Of a stretch of 34,557 nt of DNA, positions 1 to 8,786 are shown piece after piece. The DNA comes from a virus (Duplodnaviria > Caudoviricetes), in the IMG/VR virus record IMGVR_UViG_3300020594_000244, positions 1 through 34,557 of that record; one strand, given 5' to 3'. Both the position numbers and the translations under genes were made by a program. Each line of letters starts with the position of its first letter. Position 1 is the stretch's first letter. A model generated the notes under the pieces. It did no database searches. It saw nothing but the letters and a program-made list of their open reading frames with translations, and was not told where the DNA came from.

Positions 1-621
1 GTGCTCGATGCCGGTGAAAATCCTGCCGGCGCGGATCGCGGCGACGCCGGTGCTGCCGGTGCCCATGAAGGGGTCGCAGATGGTTTCGCCGGCGACGTTG
101 CGGACGATCTTGTTCATCAGGGTGTCGGGCTTTGGCGTAGCATGGCCGAACCGGGCGCGGCCGCGCGGCGCGCCGATCGTCGTTACGCGCAGCTTTTCGG
201 CGAGATTGCCGATTGGGTGCATGTCGGCGCGCCAGGCGTGGACGTAGAATTCGACGTCGGGGCGATAATGCTTGTTGGCGACTGGTTGCGGGTTGGGCTT
301 CTGCCATACGCAAAGAGCGTGGCGGTGGAAGCATCCGCGCAGATGCGCGAGCAGGTCGGCAAGCTGGTCGTTGCTCGCGAAAACGACGGCCGCGCCGCAT
401 TGCAGCGGATTGATGATCGAGCGATCGAAGTCCTTGTGCAGCTGTTCGTCGACGATCTGGTCGAAGTGCGGCCGCGCCTTGCGGTAGCGGCCGCCGCCTT
501 CGGCGCGGATCTTGTAGGGCGGATCGAGCACGTCGGCGTCCATCCAGCCCAAGGCGGGCCGGATGGTGTAGGCGTCGCCGAGGTAGAGGCGGTGCAGACC
601 GATGGTGACGGTCGCGTTCAC
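1..621 (-). CDS. DNA amino-methyltransferase (N6-adenine/N4-cytosine, beta class); 3' end runs off the window; not in the ORF track
   Basis: Hand translation from GTG at 621 (GTGA overlap with the ASCH stop): MNATVTIGLHRLYLGDAY...VLDPPY (motif IV)...HATPKP...ICDPFMGTGSTGVAAIRAGRIFTGIEH (motif I FxGxG); open for 207 codons. Confidence 0.92.
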   Translation of the reverse strand, partial: MNATVTIGLHRLYLGDAYTIRPALGWMDADVLDPPYKIRAEGGGRYRKARPHFDQIVDEQLHKDFDRSIINPLQCGAAVVFASNDQLADLLAHLRGCFHRHALCVWQKPNPQPVANKHYRPDVEFYVHAWRADMHPIGNLAEKLRVTTIGAPRGRARFGHATPKPDTLMNKIVRNVAGETICDPFMGTGSTGVAAIRAGRIFTGIEH

Positions 622-1136
622 AGGCCGAAATCCTCGGGTTCGGGCCAGTTCCAGAATCCTTGCTTGCCCTTCATCGGGATGGGCTCGGGCCAGACCTCGA
701 TGTCGGTTAAGGGCCAGCCCCAATTGGCGTGTTCGTCGCGGTTGCTGTCGTTGGCGCGGGGGACGCCGAACTCTTCGGCGATCTCTGTCCCAAGGCGCGG
801 TTCGCCGATGATGGCGGTGCCGAGGCCGGCGGACAGCGGCAGTCGCGCGGCGCGAGGGATTTGAGGTCGCCAGGCGAAGCCGAGGACGGGGATCGCCTTT
901 TCGGGGATCAGGCAGGTTTCAGCCGCCCAGCGCACGAAGTCTTCGTCGCGATCGCGATGCGTCAGGACGGCGTGTATTTCCCATGCTTCCTTGCGGTCGA
1001 TCGGCCGCTTCGCAGCATGGATGACGATGCGCTGGCCGATGAGCGATCGGGGCGCGCGCCAGCGGCGGAACTCGTAGGGTTTTGCGCCGGCCATGATCAG
1101 GCTGGCCCACGGCTGCCAGATGGTGAGTGCTTTCAT
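618..1136 (-). CDS. ASCH domain protein
   Basis: N-terminus MKALTIWQPWASLIMAGAKPYEFRRW (GxKxxExR) and C-terminal PIPMKGKQGFW, typical of ASCH. Confidence 0.88.
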   Translation of the reverse strand: MKALTIWQPWASLIMAGAKPYEFRRWRAPRSLIGQRIVIHAAKRPIDRKEAWEIHAVLTHRDRDEDFVRWAAETCLIPEKAIPVLGFAWRPQIPRAARLPLSAGLGTAIIGEPRLGTEIAEEFGVPRANDSNRDEHANWGWPLTDIEVWPEPIPMKGKQGFWNWPEPEDFGL

Positions 1137-1306
1137 TGCGGTTTCGCCTTTCGGATGGCGTTGCGGGAGACGATGTGGCGGGTGCCGTCTTCGAACTCGA
1201 TCTGGGCGGAGTTGAGCTTGCCGCGCGCGATGACGCGGCAGCGGTGGCCGAAGCGCTCGGGGAGATTGACGCGCCAGCGCCAGATGCGATCGAAAAGGGC
1301 GTTCAC
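1133..1306 (-). CDS. Small phage hypothetical protein (57 aa)
   Basis: GTGA overlap at the start and ATGA overlap at the stop; MNALFDRIWRWRVNLPERFGHRCRVIARGKLNSAQIEFEDG... Confidence 0.7.
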   Translation of the reverse strand: MNALFDRIWRWRVNLPERFGHRCRVIARGKLNSAQIEFEDGTRHIVSRNAIRKAKPQ

Positions 1307-1395
1307 CGGCGGCGTTCCGTCCAATAGAGGGTGAAGAAGCCGATCAGCAGTGGGAGCGACAGGATTGCGCGGACGATGCGGCGGAGAATCTTCAT
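1303..1395 (-). CDS. 30-aa single-TM micro-protein
   Basis: MKILRRIVRAILSLPLLIGFFTLYWTERRR; GGAGG Shine-Dalgarno, coupled to neighbours on both sides. Confidence 0.55.
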   Translation of the reverse strand: MKILRRIVRAILSLPLLIGFFTLYWTERRR

Positions 1396-1571
1396 TTCAG
1401 CCTCCAACCGGCGATGCGCCGGACATAGGCGGTGCCGCGATTGGTTCGATTGCAGATTTCGTCGAGGCTCCGTCCCGCGCGCGCCAACGCGCAAATTCGG
1501 TCGTTGATGACTATCGCGTCGAGATGGCGATGTTGGCGGTGCTCCATGCGAGCGATGGCGTCGGATTTCAT
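1392..1571 (-). CDS. Small hypothetical protein, possible HTH
   Basis: ATGA overlap with DUF5131; ...ICALARAGRSLDEICNRTNRGTAYVRRI resembles an HTH. Confidence 0.6.
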   Translation of the reverse strand: MKSDAIARMEHRQHRHLDAIVINDRICALARAGRSLDEICNRTNRGTAYVRRIAGWRLK

Positions 1572-2575
1572 GCTGCCCTCCGCCAGGGCAGGGCGTCGTG
1601 GATGACGCCGTCGAGGTCGCGGCCCGCGGATCTTTTGCCGACCCGCATCATGTAGGGGCCGTTGCAGTCGCTGGTCGGACGGAACTCGCCCCATTGCTTG
1701 AAGTGGAAATCGACGCCGGCGACGGCGCATTGGTCGCGGAGGGAGCGCGCCCAGGCCGCCCGCATCGGGCGGGCGTCGGGGCCGCTTTCGCCGCCGACAA
1801 TGATGCCGTCGATCTTGCCATAGGGCGATTTAGTGGCGCCGTGATGGAGGCGGCCGCCCCCATATCTCTCCGACTGCAAGCCCCAACCCATGCCGACCAG
1901 CGCATCGAATTTCTGGGTGCAGGTCGGCAGCGTGATCGAGGTGAGGTCGATTGGACCGAGCAGCGGTTCGCAGGACAAGAATCGTCCAGCCGCCGGGGTG
2001 GCGAGCAGGTCGGGGATGCGCTCGTCGGCGCGGGCTTGATCCTCTGCCGACACACCGAGCCAGACGTTGGGGAGCGGCCATTTCCCCACCGGTCCGCCAT
2101 ACCAGCTGTCGCGAATGTGAGCCTGCTGTTGATTTTGAGCGAGGCCTTCCATTGCGCGCCACACTGCGTGCCCGGACGATCGCGCGGTAAAATACGCGCG
2201 CATCCGCGAGGATCGCTTCGTCAGCACCAGATGCTTGTGCCGAGGCGTCAACGCCATGGCGGCGAACATGCGGTCGATCCATTCGTCGGGGACCGCTTCG
2301 TGGAAGGTATCGCCGTGAGCGTTCCAGAAAATGGTGCGCGAGCGGCGCCAGCGCAGCGGCTGGAAGAGCGCCGGTTCGTGCAGGCGGACCTCGCCGGTCC
2401 AGACGGGGCCGGCCTTGGTATCGACCGTCAGGGCGGCGCGGCTAGGATGATGCTTCAGCCGCGTTCCGGCGAGCTTCATCGCGTAGCAATATTTGCAGCC
2501 GGGCGAGAGGACCGAGCAGCCGTTAATGGCGTTTACGGTCGCGTCGGCCCATTCGATGGGGGTGTTGTCAGCCAT
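1568..2575 (-). CDS. Phage Gp37/Gp68 family protein (DUF5131; three-Cys, radical-SAM-like)
   Basis: TPIEWADATVNAINGCSVLSPGCKYCYA, LTKR, NVWLGVSAEDQ, FLSCEPLLGPI, IVGGESG, FHFKQWG motifs. Confidence 0.93.
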   Translation of the reverse strand: MADNTPIEWADATVNAINGCSVLSPGCKYCYAMKLAGTRLKHHPSRAALTVDTKAGPVWTGEVRLHEPALFQPLRWRRSRTIFWNAHGDTFHEAVPDEWIDRMFAAMALTPRHKHLVLTKRSSRMRAYFTARSSGHAVWRAMEGLAQNQQQAHIRDSWYGGPVGKWPLPNVWLGVSAEDQARADERIPDLLATPAAGRFLSCEPLLGPIDLTSITLPTCTQKFDALVGMGWGLQSERYGGGRLHHGATKSPYGKIDGIIVGGESGPDARPMRAAWARSLRDQCAVAGVDFHFKQWGEFRPTSDCNGPYMMRVGKRSAGRDLDGVIHDALPWRRAA

Positions 2576-2912
2576 GACGGGCGCCCTCCCGCTCGATTTC
2601 GCGGTCGATGGCGTCGATCAGGGCGAGGCCGATCGCGGCGGCCTGAACCGCCTTTTTGCGGGCGCCGGCGAGGTTGCGGCGTTCGGGGGTGCCGGTGGCG
2701 CGGTCGGTGGCGATCTGCATGAAGCTGGTCGCCTTCACGCCGAGAGCGTGGAGCCCGACCGCGTCGTCGGCCGCGGCGTCGTGGCCGTGGACGATGAAGG
2801 CAATCGCGCGTTCGCGCATCGTGTCGACGATCGAAGCGCCGAACAGGCCGTCGACGGCGCGGGCGCGGTCGGCGAGGCCGTGCGACAGGATCCTGATATT
2901 CTGGATGGTCAT
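2568..2912 (-). CDS. Hypothetical all-helical protein, distantly MazG-like
   Basis: ER...GHDAAADD...RRNL...KKAVQAAAIGLALIDAIDR resembles the phage ER.RQ...HDD...LVKAAALILAEIER family; ATGA coupling at the start. Confidence 0.55.
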   Translation of the reverse strand: MTIQNIRILSHGLADRARAVDGLFGASIVDTMRERAIAFIVHGHDAAADDAVGLHALGVKATSFMQIATDRATGTPERRNLAGARKKAVQAAAIGLALIDAIDREIEREGARHG

Positions 2913-3112
2913 GCTGCCATTCCTTCGGTCAGCGTGGCGAGGCGCGCGGCGTTGCGCTCGATCGAGCGGCGGCGGGCCTTCACCCGGCAGGTGTGGATGT
3001 GGACAAGGCGGACGCATTCATCGCTTTCCGCCGCGGTGAGTGAGCGGGTGCGGTTGATCGCCTCGAGCTCGGCGATGCGCGCCTGCAGTGCTTCATCGGT
3101 CAGGCGGGTCAT
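2909..3112 (-). CDS. Hypothetical protein (67 aa)
   Basis: ATGA overlaps on both sides; helical composition. Confidence 0.65.
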   Translation of the reverse strand: MTRLTDEALQARIAELEAINRTRSLTAAESDECVRLVHIHTCRVKARRRSIERNAARLATLTEGMAA

Positions 3113-3378
3113 TTGCCGTATCCCATCGCGGAGAGCATCTTGGCGACCAGATGCCAGACGTGGAGATCGAGGCGGCGGTGGCCCTCGACCTTGCCGGCGC
3201 GCGTTGTAGTTCGGGAGCGCATCGCGGCATCGAGGGCGTCGACGTTGCGGCCGCGATAGGTTTCGCCGCTATAGTCGCCGACCGTTTCGGTGCCCCCGGT
3301 GTTGGCGATCATGGCGCGGGCTATCTCGGTCTTTTCGCCGGTGATCGCCGACCAGAGCTCGACGCGGATGACGATCAT
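3109..3378 (-). CDS. Hypothetical phage protein (89 aa)
   Basis: MIVIRVELWSAITGEKTEIARAMIANTGG...; ATGA overlap with the J-domain gene. Confidence 0.7.
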   Translation of the reverse strand: MIVIRVELWSAITGEKTEIARAMIANTGGTETVGDYSGETYRGRNVDALDAAMRSRTTTRAGKVEGHRRLDLHVWHLVAKMLSAMGYGK

Positions 3379-3947
3379 TTCGCACCGCCCTGCGCGGCAT
3401 CGCGCGCGGCATTCAGGCGGGCCATGTCGGCGTCTGTGCCGCCGTGATCGGGATGCGCGTCGCGCGCGAGGCGGCGATAGGCTGCGTCTATTTCGGCCCG
3501 GGTCGCCTCGCGAGAGACGCCGAGAACCTGCCACCATTGTTCGGGCGCGGGCAGGGAGACGAAGCCAGTGAAGGCGCGGTCGAGCAGGTCAGACGCGCCC
3601 CAGCGTTCGATGCCGCGCATCGCCTCGGCGGTCTTGCCGATCGCGCGCATATTGTCGTGGAGCATCGCATATTGGTCGCAGGCGAGCACGAGGTCCAAGC
3701 CCTTGCGCTTGAAATAGACGGCAACGCCGGGGTCGGTGATCGACCGGCGCGCCATGCTGACCGACCCGTCGCGATTGAGCGGCTGATCGGTAGAGACGAC
3801 GATATCGCGTGCGCCGAGCCGTTGAAGCTCGATCATCATTTCCTCGCGCGCTTGCGTCGGCGGGACCTTGAACGGGCCGTCCTTGCGGCGCGATGCGTCG
3901 GTGCGCGGCCAGCCGTCGGGCCAGTGGAGCGGAAATGCTTGCGTCAT
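3375..3947 (-). CDS. Phage J-domain (DnaJ) protein
   Basis: N-term AFPLHWPDGWPRT; C-terminal J domain WWQVLGVSREATRAEIDAAYRRLARDAHPDHGG with intact HPD. Confidence 0.9.
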   Translation of the reverse strand: MTQAFPLHWPDGWPRTDASRRKDGPFKVPPTQAREEMMIELQRLGARDIVVSTDQPLNRDGSVSMARRSITDPGVAVYFKRKGLDLVLACDQYAMLHDNMRAIGKTAEAMRGIERWGASDLLDRAFTGFVSLPAPEQWWQVLGVSREATRAEIDAAYRRLARDAHPDHGGTDADMARLNAARDAAQGGAK

Positions 3948-4672
3948 CACGCCGCCTCCTTCCGGTCCGCCGGGGCGGTGAGTTCGTGGAAGCGCTCGAG
4001 GAAGCGGCGGCGGGCTTCGTCGGGGTGCCAGCATTCGATGCGCTGGCGGGGCTGGTCGGGGGCGCTGCCCCAATACCATTTGTCGGCGGGCATCAGCCGG
4101 TGCGCCTCGATGATCGCCATGTCGATGTCCTGCGCCTTGATGCAGTCGAGGTGCAGGTCGACGCCGAATGCCTCTTCAACAGCCCGTTCGACGCGGCGTT
4201 CGATTCGCTTGTAATCGGGCAGCACGGCCTTCAGCGGGCGGGTGAGGTCGCCCAGATAGGCTTCGCTGGCATCGTGCAGCAGCGCGGCCAGCGCCACTTC
4301 GGGCGGGACGCGGCGGCTGATGTGGACGCTGTGCTCGGCGACAGAATAGAAGTCGCGCGTCATCCCGGCGAACCGGCAGATGCGCGACAAGGCCTGGGCG
4401 ATATCTTCTATGTCGATATCTTCGGCGTTCGGGCAGGTCAGGTTCATCAGCGCGCCGCTCGCGACCATGATGACGGCCGCTGGCAGATCGTCGGGATCGT
4501 CCGGCGCGAACGGAGGCTGCGCGTCGTCGATCGGGTCAGCGACCAGGCCGGCGCACGCGTCGCAATAGAGCTGTGAACCGCGCCATAGCCAGCCGGGGGG
4601 CGGATAGGCGGTCGGGCTGTTGAATTCGGCGCTGCAGCGGGCGCAGACGTGGATATGGCCGTTACTGGACAT
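3947..4672 (-). CDS. HD-domain phosphohydrolase (YfbR/5'-deoxynucleotidase-like) with N-terminal Zn finger
   Basis: IDIEDIAQALSRICRFAG...YSVAEHS...ALLHDASEAYLGD; N-terminal CARC...CDAC. Confidence 0.88.
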   Translation of the reverse strand: MSSNGHIHVCARCSAEFNSPTAYPPPGWLWRGSQLYCDACAGLVADPIDDAQPPFAPDDPDDLPAAVIMVASGALMNLTCPNAEDIDIEDIAQALSRICRFAGMTRDFYSVAEHSVHISRRVPPEVALAALLHDASEAYLGDLTRPLKAVLPDYKRIERRVERAVEEAFGVDLHLDCIKAQDIDMAIIEAHRLMPADKWYWGSAPDQPRQRIECWHPDEARRRFLERFHELTAPADRKEAA

Positions 4673-4874
4673 CGGCAGTCTCCTTTTCGGGAAGGGCCTC
4701 GGCGGGCTGGGAACGGGCGAAAATCGCGTAGGCGGCGCCGCAGCGGCTGTTGCCGCATTCGGCCGTCGTCGAGCGGACCCAGAAGCTGGTGCCGCCGCAT
4801 TGCTGGCAGTGCATGCCGGCGTAATAGAGCGGCGTCGCCGGTCTGGTCTGGGGTTCGAATTCAGGGTCGGCCAT
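4662..4874 (-). CDS. Small Zn-ribbon protein
   Basis: CQQCGGTSFWVRSTTAECGNSRC; AAGGA Shine-Dalgarno upstream. Confidence 0.7.
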   Translation of the reverse strand: MADPEFEPQTRPATPLYYAGMHCQQCGGTSFWVRSTTAECGNSRCGAAYAIFARSQPAEALPEKETADVQ

Positions 4875-4892
4875 GGGCAGTTTCCTTTCGCA

Positions 4893-7583
4893 TCAGGCCG
4901 CCGCCGCGCGGGGCGCGTCGGGGTCGGGGTTTTCGAAGATCCAGCAATGGGTGGTGCGGCCGTCGCGGCCGTTGACGTTCTTGGCGTCGAGATATTTGCG
5001 GCGCCGCGACCCCGAGAGCAGCTTCTTGAGATCGTCCATGCGCATCGGCGTGAGGTTCAGATTGCGGACGCGCTGGTCGAACTGGTTGAGGTTGATCGCG
5101 AATTTCGACGGATCGCGGTGCCGATTGATGCTGTCCTCTGGATTGGTGCCCGCCTTGACTTCGGTCGCGAGCATGAAGTCGACCTTGTCCCAGAAGTCCT
5201 GCACGAGCGGATGGTCGCCGCCGGCGCTTTGCTGGCGATCGAGCGCGATCTGATCGATGAAGCGGATCGACGGGACGAGCCATTCGTCGCGGATCGGGAG
5301 GATGCGCGACGTCGCCTCGAGCGCGGCGGCGAGCTGGCTGTGCGTCTTGATGCAGCGAGTGTTGGAGAGGCCGTCGACGCGGCCCTTCATATGGTCGCGG
5401 TGATAGCGATAGAGCTTGAAGAAGTGCTCGAGCCAGTCGGGCGCATTGCGGGTCAGGTGGACGATCAGGCCCGATACGTCCTCGACCTGCATCGCCTCGA
5501 TCCGTTCGGCCGCCGCCGGGCTGGCGTCGGTCCAATGTTCCTTGTCGAAACGGAAGGACATCAGGCGTTCGAGCACCGGCGGGATGCTGTCGATGCGCTC
5601 GTTCTGCATCAGGTAGATCGAGCCGAGGAAGGGCGGTTCGACGGTCTCTGTCCCGCTGGTGCGGCCGCCGGTGACGCGGGGCGAGCGGCCGTTGTAGAGG
5701 GTCAGAAGCTCCGACCAGTCGAACTGGCGCCGGTTGCCGCGGTCCTGATCGCGGTTGCCCTCGATCAGCCCGACGGGGAGGTTCGACACCTTGATGAAAT
5801 TACGGGCGACGCCGGCGATCGTGCCCTTGTTCGGGTCGAAGCCTTCGTAACCGGAGCGACCGAGCAGTTTCCAAAGGAAGGTGATCAGGGTTGTCTTGCC
5901 CGAGCCGCCCTCACCGGTGAGTTCGAGGAAGCCGAGCGATTCGTGCGCCTTGCGGATCTGCACCGCGAAGAGCGACATGATGAAGAAGGCGAGAGCCGCC
6001 TGACCACGCACGCCCCATCCTGTCCACAGATCATCGAGCCAGCCAAATTCCTGCCGGTCGGGGTTGTAGCGGATCGACAGGATGCGCTCCGGGGTGCGCA
6101 GCTTCACCGCGGCCTTGCCGAAGTCGAAGTATTTCTCGGCATTGATTTCGATCAGGCGGCCGTCGCGGACAGCGATGTCGCCAAAGACCCAGGCGTCGTG
6201 ATCGGCCGAATAGCCGGTGAAGGGGAGGGGCTCGACCTTCTTGATGCGGCGGGTCTGCTGCCGCATCAGGCGATCGAGCTGTTCGCTGGAGCCCGACCAG
6301 CTGCCAGCGAAGGCCATCAGGCGCTTCTTGAACTCGCCCGCGGCGGCGCACGCATTGCTGCTGAAGCGCGCCTTTACGGTCGGAAGGCCGTCGGGAAAGT
6401 CGATCTGAAGGAAATAGTTGGTCTCGTCGAGAATCTCGTCCCGCTCCATGTAGAGGATGCGGAAGGCGCAGTTCGCGATCTCCTCGACGTCGAGGCGCTG
6501 GCGCTTTTGATCACCATCCTCGTCGTAGGTGACCTTTGCCGCCCACATGCGATTGTCGAACCGGAAGGTGAAGTTCGACAGCATGCGGTGGTTGTGGATC
6601 AGCTTCGCCTTTTCGCGCGCGCTTTCGGCGATGGTGACGGCGCCGTTCCACAAATATTCCTCGACCATCATGGGCGAGAACGGCGCCTTGTCGGGATCGC
6701 CCTTCCATGCCTGATGGCGCAGCAGGAGGTCGTTCCAGTCGAGCTTGGTCCCTTCACCATCGGGGCGAACCTGCGCGGCGGTGGCTTCCCATCCCTGTAG
6801 GCGGGCCAGTTTGACGAATTTGCGGGTGAAGGCGACGCCGGCGCGGCCGACGTCGAAGGCGAACACGAGGCGGGGGCGGTGCTTTGGGTTCTTTTCGGCG
6901 ATAACCTTGAGCAGCTGCGCGAGCGCGTGCTCGGGCCAGTTGTTGACGCTCATCAGGCTGACGGCGAGGATGCCCGCCTGGTTGAGCGCGACGGCGTCGA
7001 AGATGCCCTCCGCGAGCCAGATATCGTCGGCGGCGGCAAGCTCTTCCCATGTCGTTCCCGGAAGCTGCCACCAGTGGCCGCCCCATTTGCCCTCGTCGGG
7101 GTTGGTCTCGGCGAGCTTGGGGTCGATCCAGCGAAAACGTGCCTTTTTGTCGAAGCGGCCCGGGCGGTCGATTAGCCTTTCCCACCAACTGCCGTTGGCA
7201 AGAGGAAAGCGCACGGTGGCCGTTGTCAGTTCGCGCTTCCGATCGTGGTAGCTTTCCTGCGTGTAGGATCCGCGCAGCAGCTGCAGATCGAGACCGCGCT
7301 CGTGCAGGAGGTAGGCATCAGCGGTGGCGTTGGGTGCTTCTTCGCTGGCCGGCGCGCGCTTCGACCAATCTTCGAACAGCTCGGGCAGGATGTTGCGGAC
7401 GCTGTCTTCCCAGCCGCATTTTTCGATGCGCCCGCACTTGACGACGCGCGGGGTGTCGGCGGCGCAATAGGCTTCCTTCTCGCCGCATTGGGGGCATTTG
7501 CCACCCTGTAGCCATTGGCCGCGCTCCGACTTGAACTGGAAGCGGGCCTTGAGACCGGAAAGGACTTGGTCGGCAAAGGACAT
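4893..7583 (-). CDS. P4-alpha-like replication protein: Zn finger + TOPRIM primase + P-loop helicase
   Basis: CPQC...CGRIEKC; WLAEGIFDAVAL and AFDVG (TOPRIM); GEGGSGKTT Walker A; 896 aa. Confidence 0.9.
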   Translation of the reverse strand: MSFADQVLSGLKARFQFKSERGQWLQGGKCPQCGEKEAYCAADTPRVVKCGRIEKCGWEDSVRNILPELFEDWSKRAPASEEAPNATADAYLLHERGLDLQLLRGSYTQESYHDRKRELTTATVRFPLANGSWWERLIDRPGRFDKKARFRWIDPKLAETNPDEGKWGGHWWQLPGTTWEELAAADDIWLAEGIFDAVALNQAGILAVSLMSVNNWPEHALAQLLKVIAEKNPKHRPRLVFAFDVGRAGVAFTRKFVKLARLQGWEATAAQVRPDGEGTKLDWNDLLLRHQAWKGDPDKAPFSPMMVEEYLWNGAVTIAESAREKAKLIHNHRMLSNFTFRFDNRMWAAKVTYDEDGDQKRQRLDVEEIANCAFRILYMERDEILDETNYFLQIDFPDGLPTVKARFSSNACAAAGEFKKRLMAFAGSWSGSSEQLDRLMRQQTRRIKKVEPLPFTGYSADHDAWVFGDIAVRDGRLIEINAEKYFDFGKAAVKLRTPERILSIRYNPDRQEFGWLDDLWTGWGVRGQAALAFFIMSLFAVQIRKAHESLGFLELTGEGGSGKTTLITFLWKLLGRSGYEGFDPNKGTIAGVARNFIKVSNLPVGLIEGNRDQDRGNRRQFDWSELLTLYNGRSPRVTGGRTSGTETVEPPFLGSIYLMQNERIDSIPPVLERLMSFRFDKEHWTDASPAAAERIEAMQVEDVSGLIVHLTRNAPDWLEHFFKLYRYHRDHMKGRVDGLSNTRCIKTHSQLAAALEATSRILPIRDEWLVPSIRFIDQIALDRQQSAGGDHPLVQDFWDKVDFMLATEVKAGTNPEDSINRHRDPSKFAINLNQFDQRVRNLNLTPMRMDDLKKLLSGSRRRKYLDAKNVNGRDGRTTHCWIFENPDPDAPRAAAA

Positions 7584-7657
7584 TCGGGACCTATCGTCAG
7601 GGTGCAGTCAGGGGGCCGGCGAAATGCCGGGGAGCGGGGTCAGCGGGGCGGTTGGGG

Positions 7658-8011
7658 TCAGGCGGCCTTTTGGTCGCGGTCCAGATGATCGAAGATCGTG
7701 ATCTGGTTGGGGTCGGGACCGGGGCCGCTACCCGGGGGGCGGGCGGAACTCGGGAAGCGCTTGCGCTGATAGTCGTCGGGCGCCTGGGGCAGATCGAGCT
7801 CGGTCGGCAGGGCGCTGGGCGAAAGGGTGTAAACGAACTCGAGCTGGGCCTTCCACGTATGGCCGCAATCGACGTTCGTGCAGATGAAGTAGAGCTCGCG
7901 CACCAGCGGGGTCATTTCCTCGCTGTCGCGGATGACCGAGCGCGCGCGGCAGACCGGGCAGCGCATGATGCCGCGCTGCATGCGGACGGGGTCAGGGGTC
8001 GGCGCGTTCAC
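7658..8011 (-). CDS. ogr: Ogr/Delta-like Zn-finger late transcription activator
   Basis: MRCPVCRARSVIRDSEEMTPLVRELYFICTNVDCGHTW...LSPS matches the Ogr/Delta C4 pattern. Confidence 0.92.
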   Translation of the reverse strand: MNAPTPDPVRMQRGIMRCPVCRARSVIRDSEEMTPLVRELYFICTNVDCGHTWKAQLEFVYTLSPSALPTELDLPQAPDDYQRKRFPSSARPPGSGPGPDPNQITIFDHLDRDQKAA

Positions 8012-8502
8012 TGGCGGGCCTCCCGGATGATCATGCGGACCTCGGCGCGCATCGCGAGCGCATTGGCGATCACGTCGTCGATCGCATCGTTGATCGCTTC
8101 GGCTTCGTAGAGCTCGATGACATCATCCTCGTGCGCCTCGACGACGGCGCCGGCGAGCTCGCTTGTTTCCTTCGACTGGCGCGCGAAGAGCTTGAGCAGG
8201 TCAAGGCCGGTGGCGCTATGGTCGGGCATCGGCACGGCGGCATGGCCGCGCTGGCGCGCGAGGACGCTGGTGACGTGCGGATGACCGGGATAGCCGACGG
8301 TCTCGGCCTCGAGCGCCGCGATTTCGTCGATACGCAGGAAGGCATCGGTGTTGGCGCTGCAGCAATCGCTGATCCGCTGTTGCCGGGTGCCGAGGCGCTC
8401 GGCGGCTGCGACCTGCCCGCCAAAGGCGCGGACAAGCGCCTTGCACGCCGCCTTCAGCTCCTGAAGTTCGGGCGTCAGGGTGAGGGTGCGGTCGACGCTC
8501 AT
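8008..8502 (-). CDS. Phage regulatory CII-like protein
   Basis: LKAACKALVRAFGGQVAAAERLGTRQQRISDC HTH; lies downstream of cro. Confidence 0.7.
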   Translation of the reverse strand: MSVDRTLTLTPELQELKAACKALVRAFGGQVAAAERLGTRQQRISDCCSANTDAFLRIDEIAALEAETVGYPGHPHVTSVLARQRGHAAVPMPDHSATGLDLLKLFARQSKETSELAGAVVEAHEDDVIELYEAEAINDAIDDVIANALAMRAEVRMIIREARQ

Positions 8503-8668
8503 GCGGCCTCTCCGAAAGGGACGGTAAGGTTCCGGGATTTACCGGCTGTCGCGGCGGCGATCATTCGGGCAGCAAGAGCGAGGCAGCAGCGGCGGGCGCT
8601 GATGTTGTGGCGGCGATTGCCGCCGGGGGTGACCGGGCAGCGCTGGCAGGAGACAGGGGGCGACAATG

Positions 8669-8786
8669 GCGAACAGGCCGGGGGGCTTGAGAGGGGCGAT
8701 GGCCCCCGGACCTGTTCGCAGTCCGGCGCCGCCGCGCGCGGATGAAACGCGGCGGTGCCGATCGGCGCGGAAGTCCCCACCGCGCC
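8669..8786. other. Three tandem GC-rich stem-loops downstream of cro
   Basis: GCGAACAGG-CCGGGGG...CCCCCGG-A-CCTGTTCGC (8669-8719); CGGCGCCGCCGCG...CGCGGCGGTGCCG (8724-8760); GGCGCGG...CCGCGCC (8764-8786). Confidence 0.55.

Noticed and set aside
1-864. 287-aa plus-strand ORF
   Set aside because: Antisense shadow of the MTase and ASCH genes; no recognisable motifs
2568-4672. Possible 2-aminoadenine (Z-genome) pathway suggested by HD plus MazG-like genes
   Set aside because: No PurZ/adenylosuccinate-synthetase homologue in the window, and the MazG similarity is weak
4620-6800. 726-aa plus-strand ORF (and similar long ORFs at 15260-16711, 28886-30745 and 31332-33251)
   Set aside because: Antisense shadows of well-supported genes, expected from high-GC codon bias
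7584-7665. Repeated GTCAG / GGGGTCAG words upstream of the replicase as possible origin iterons
   Set aside because: Short, irregularly spaced and GC-rich with no adjacent AT-rich unwinding region; not distinguishable from chance
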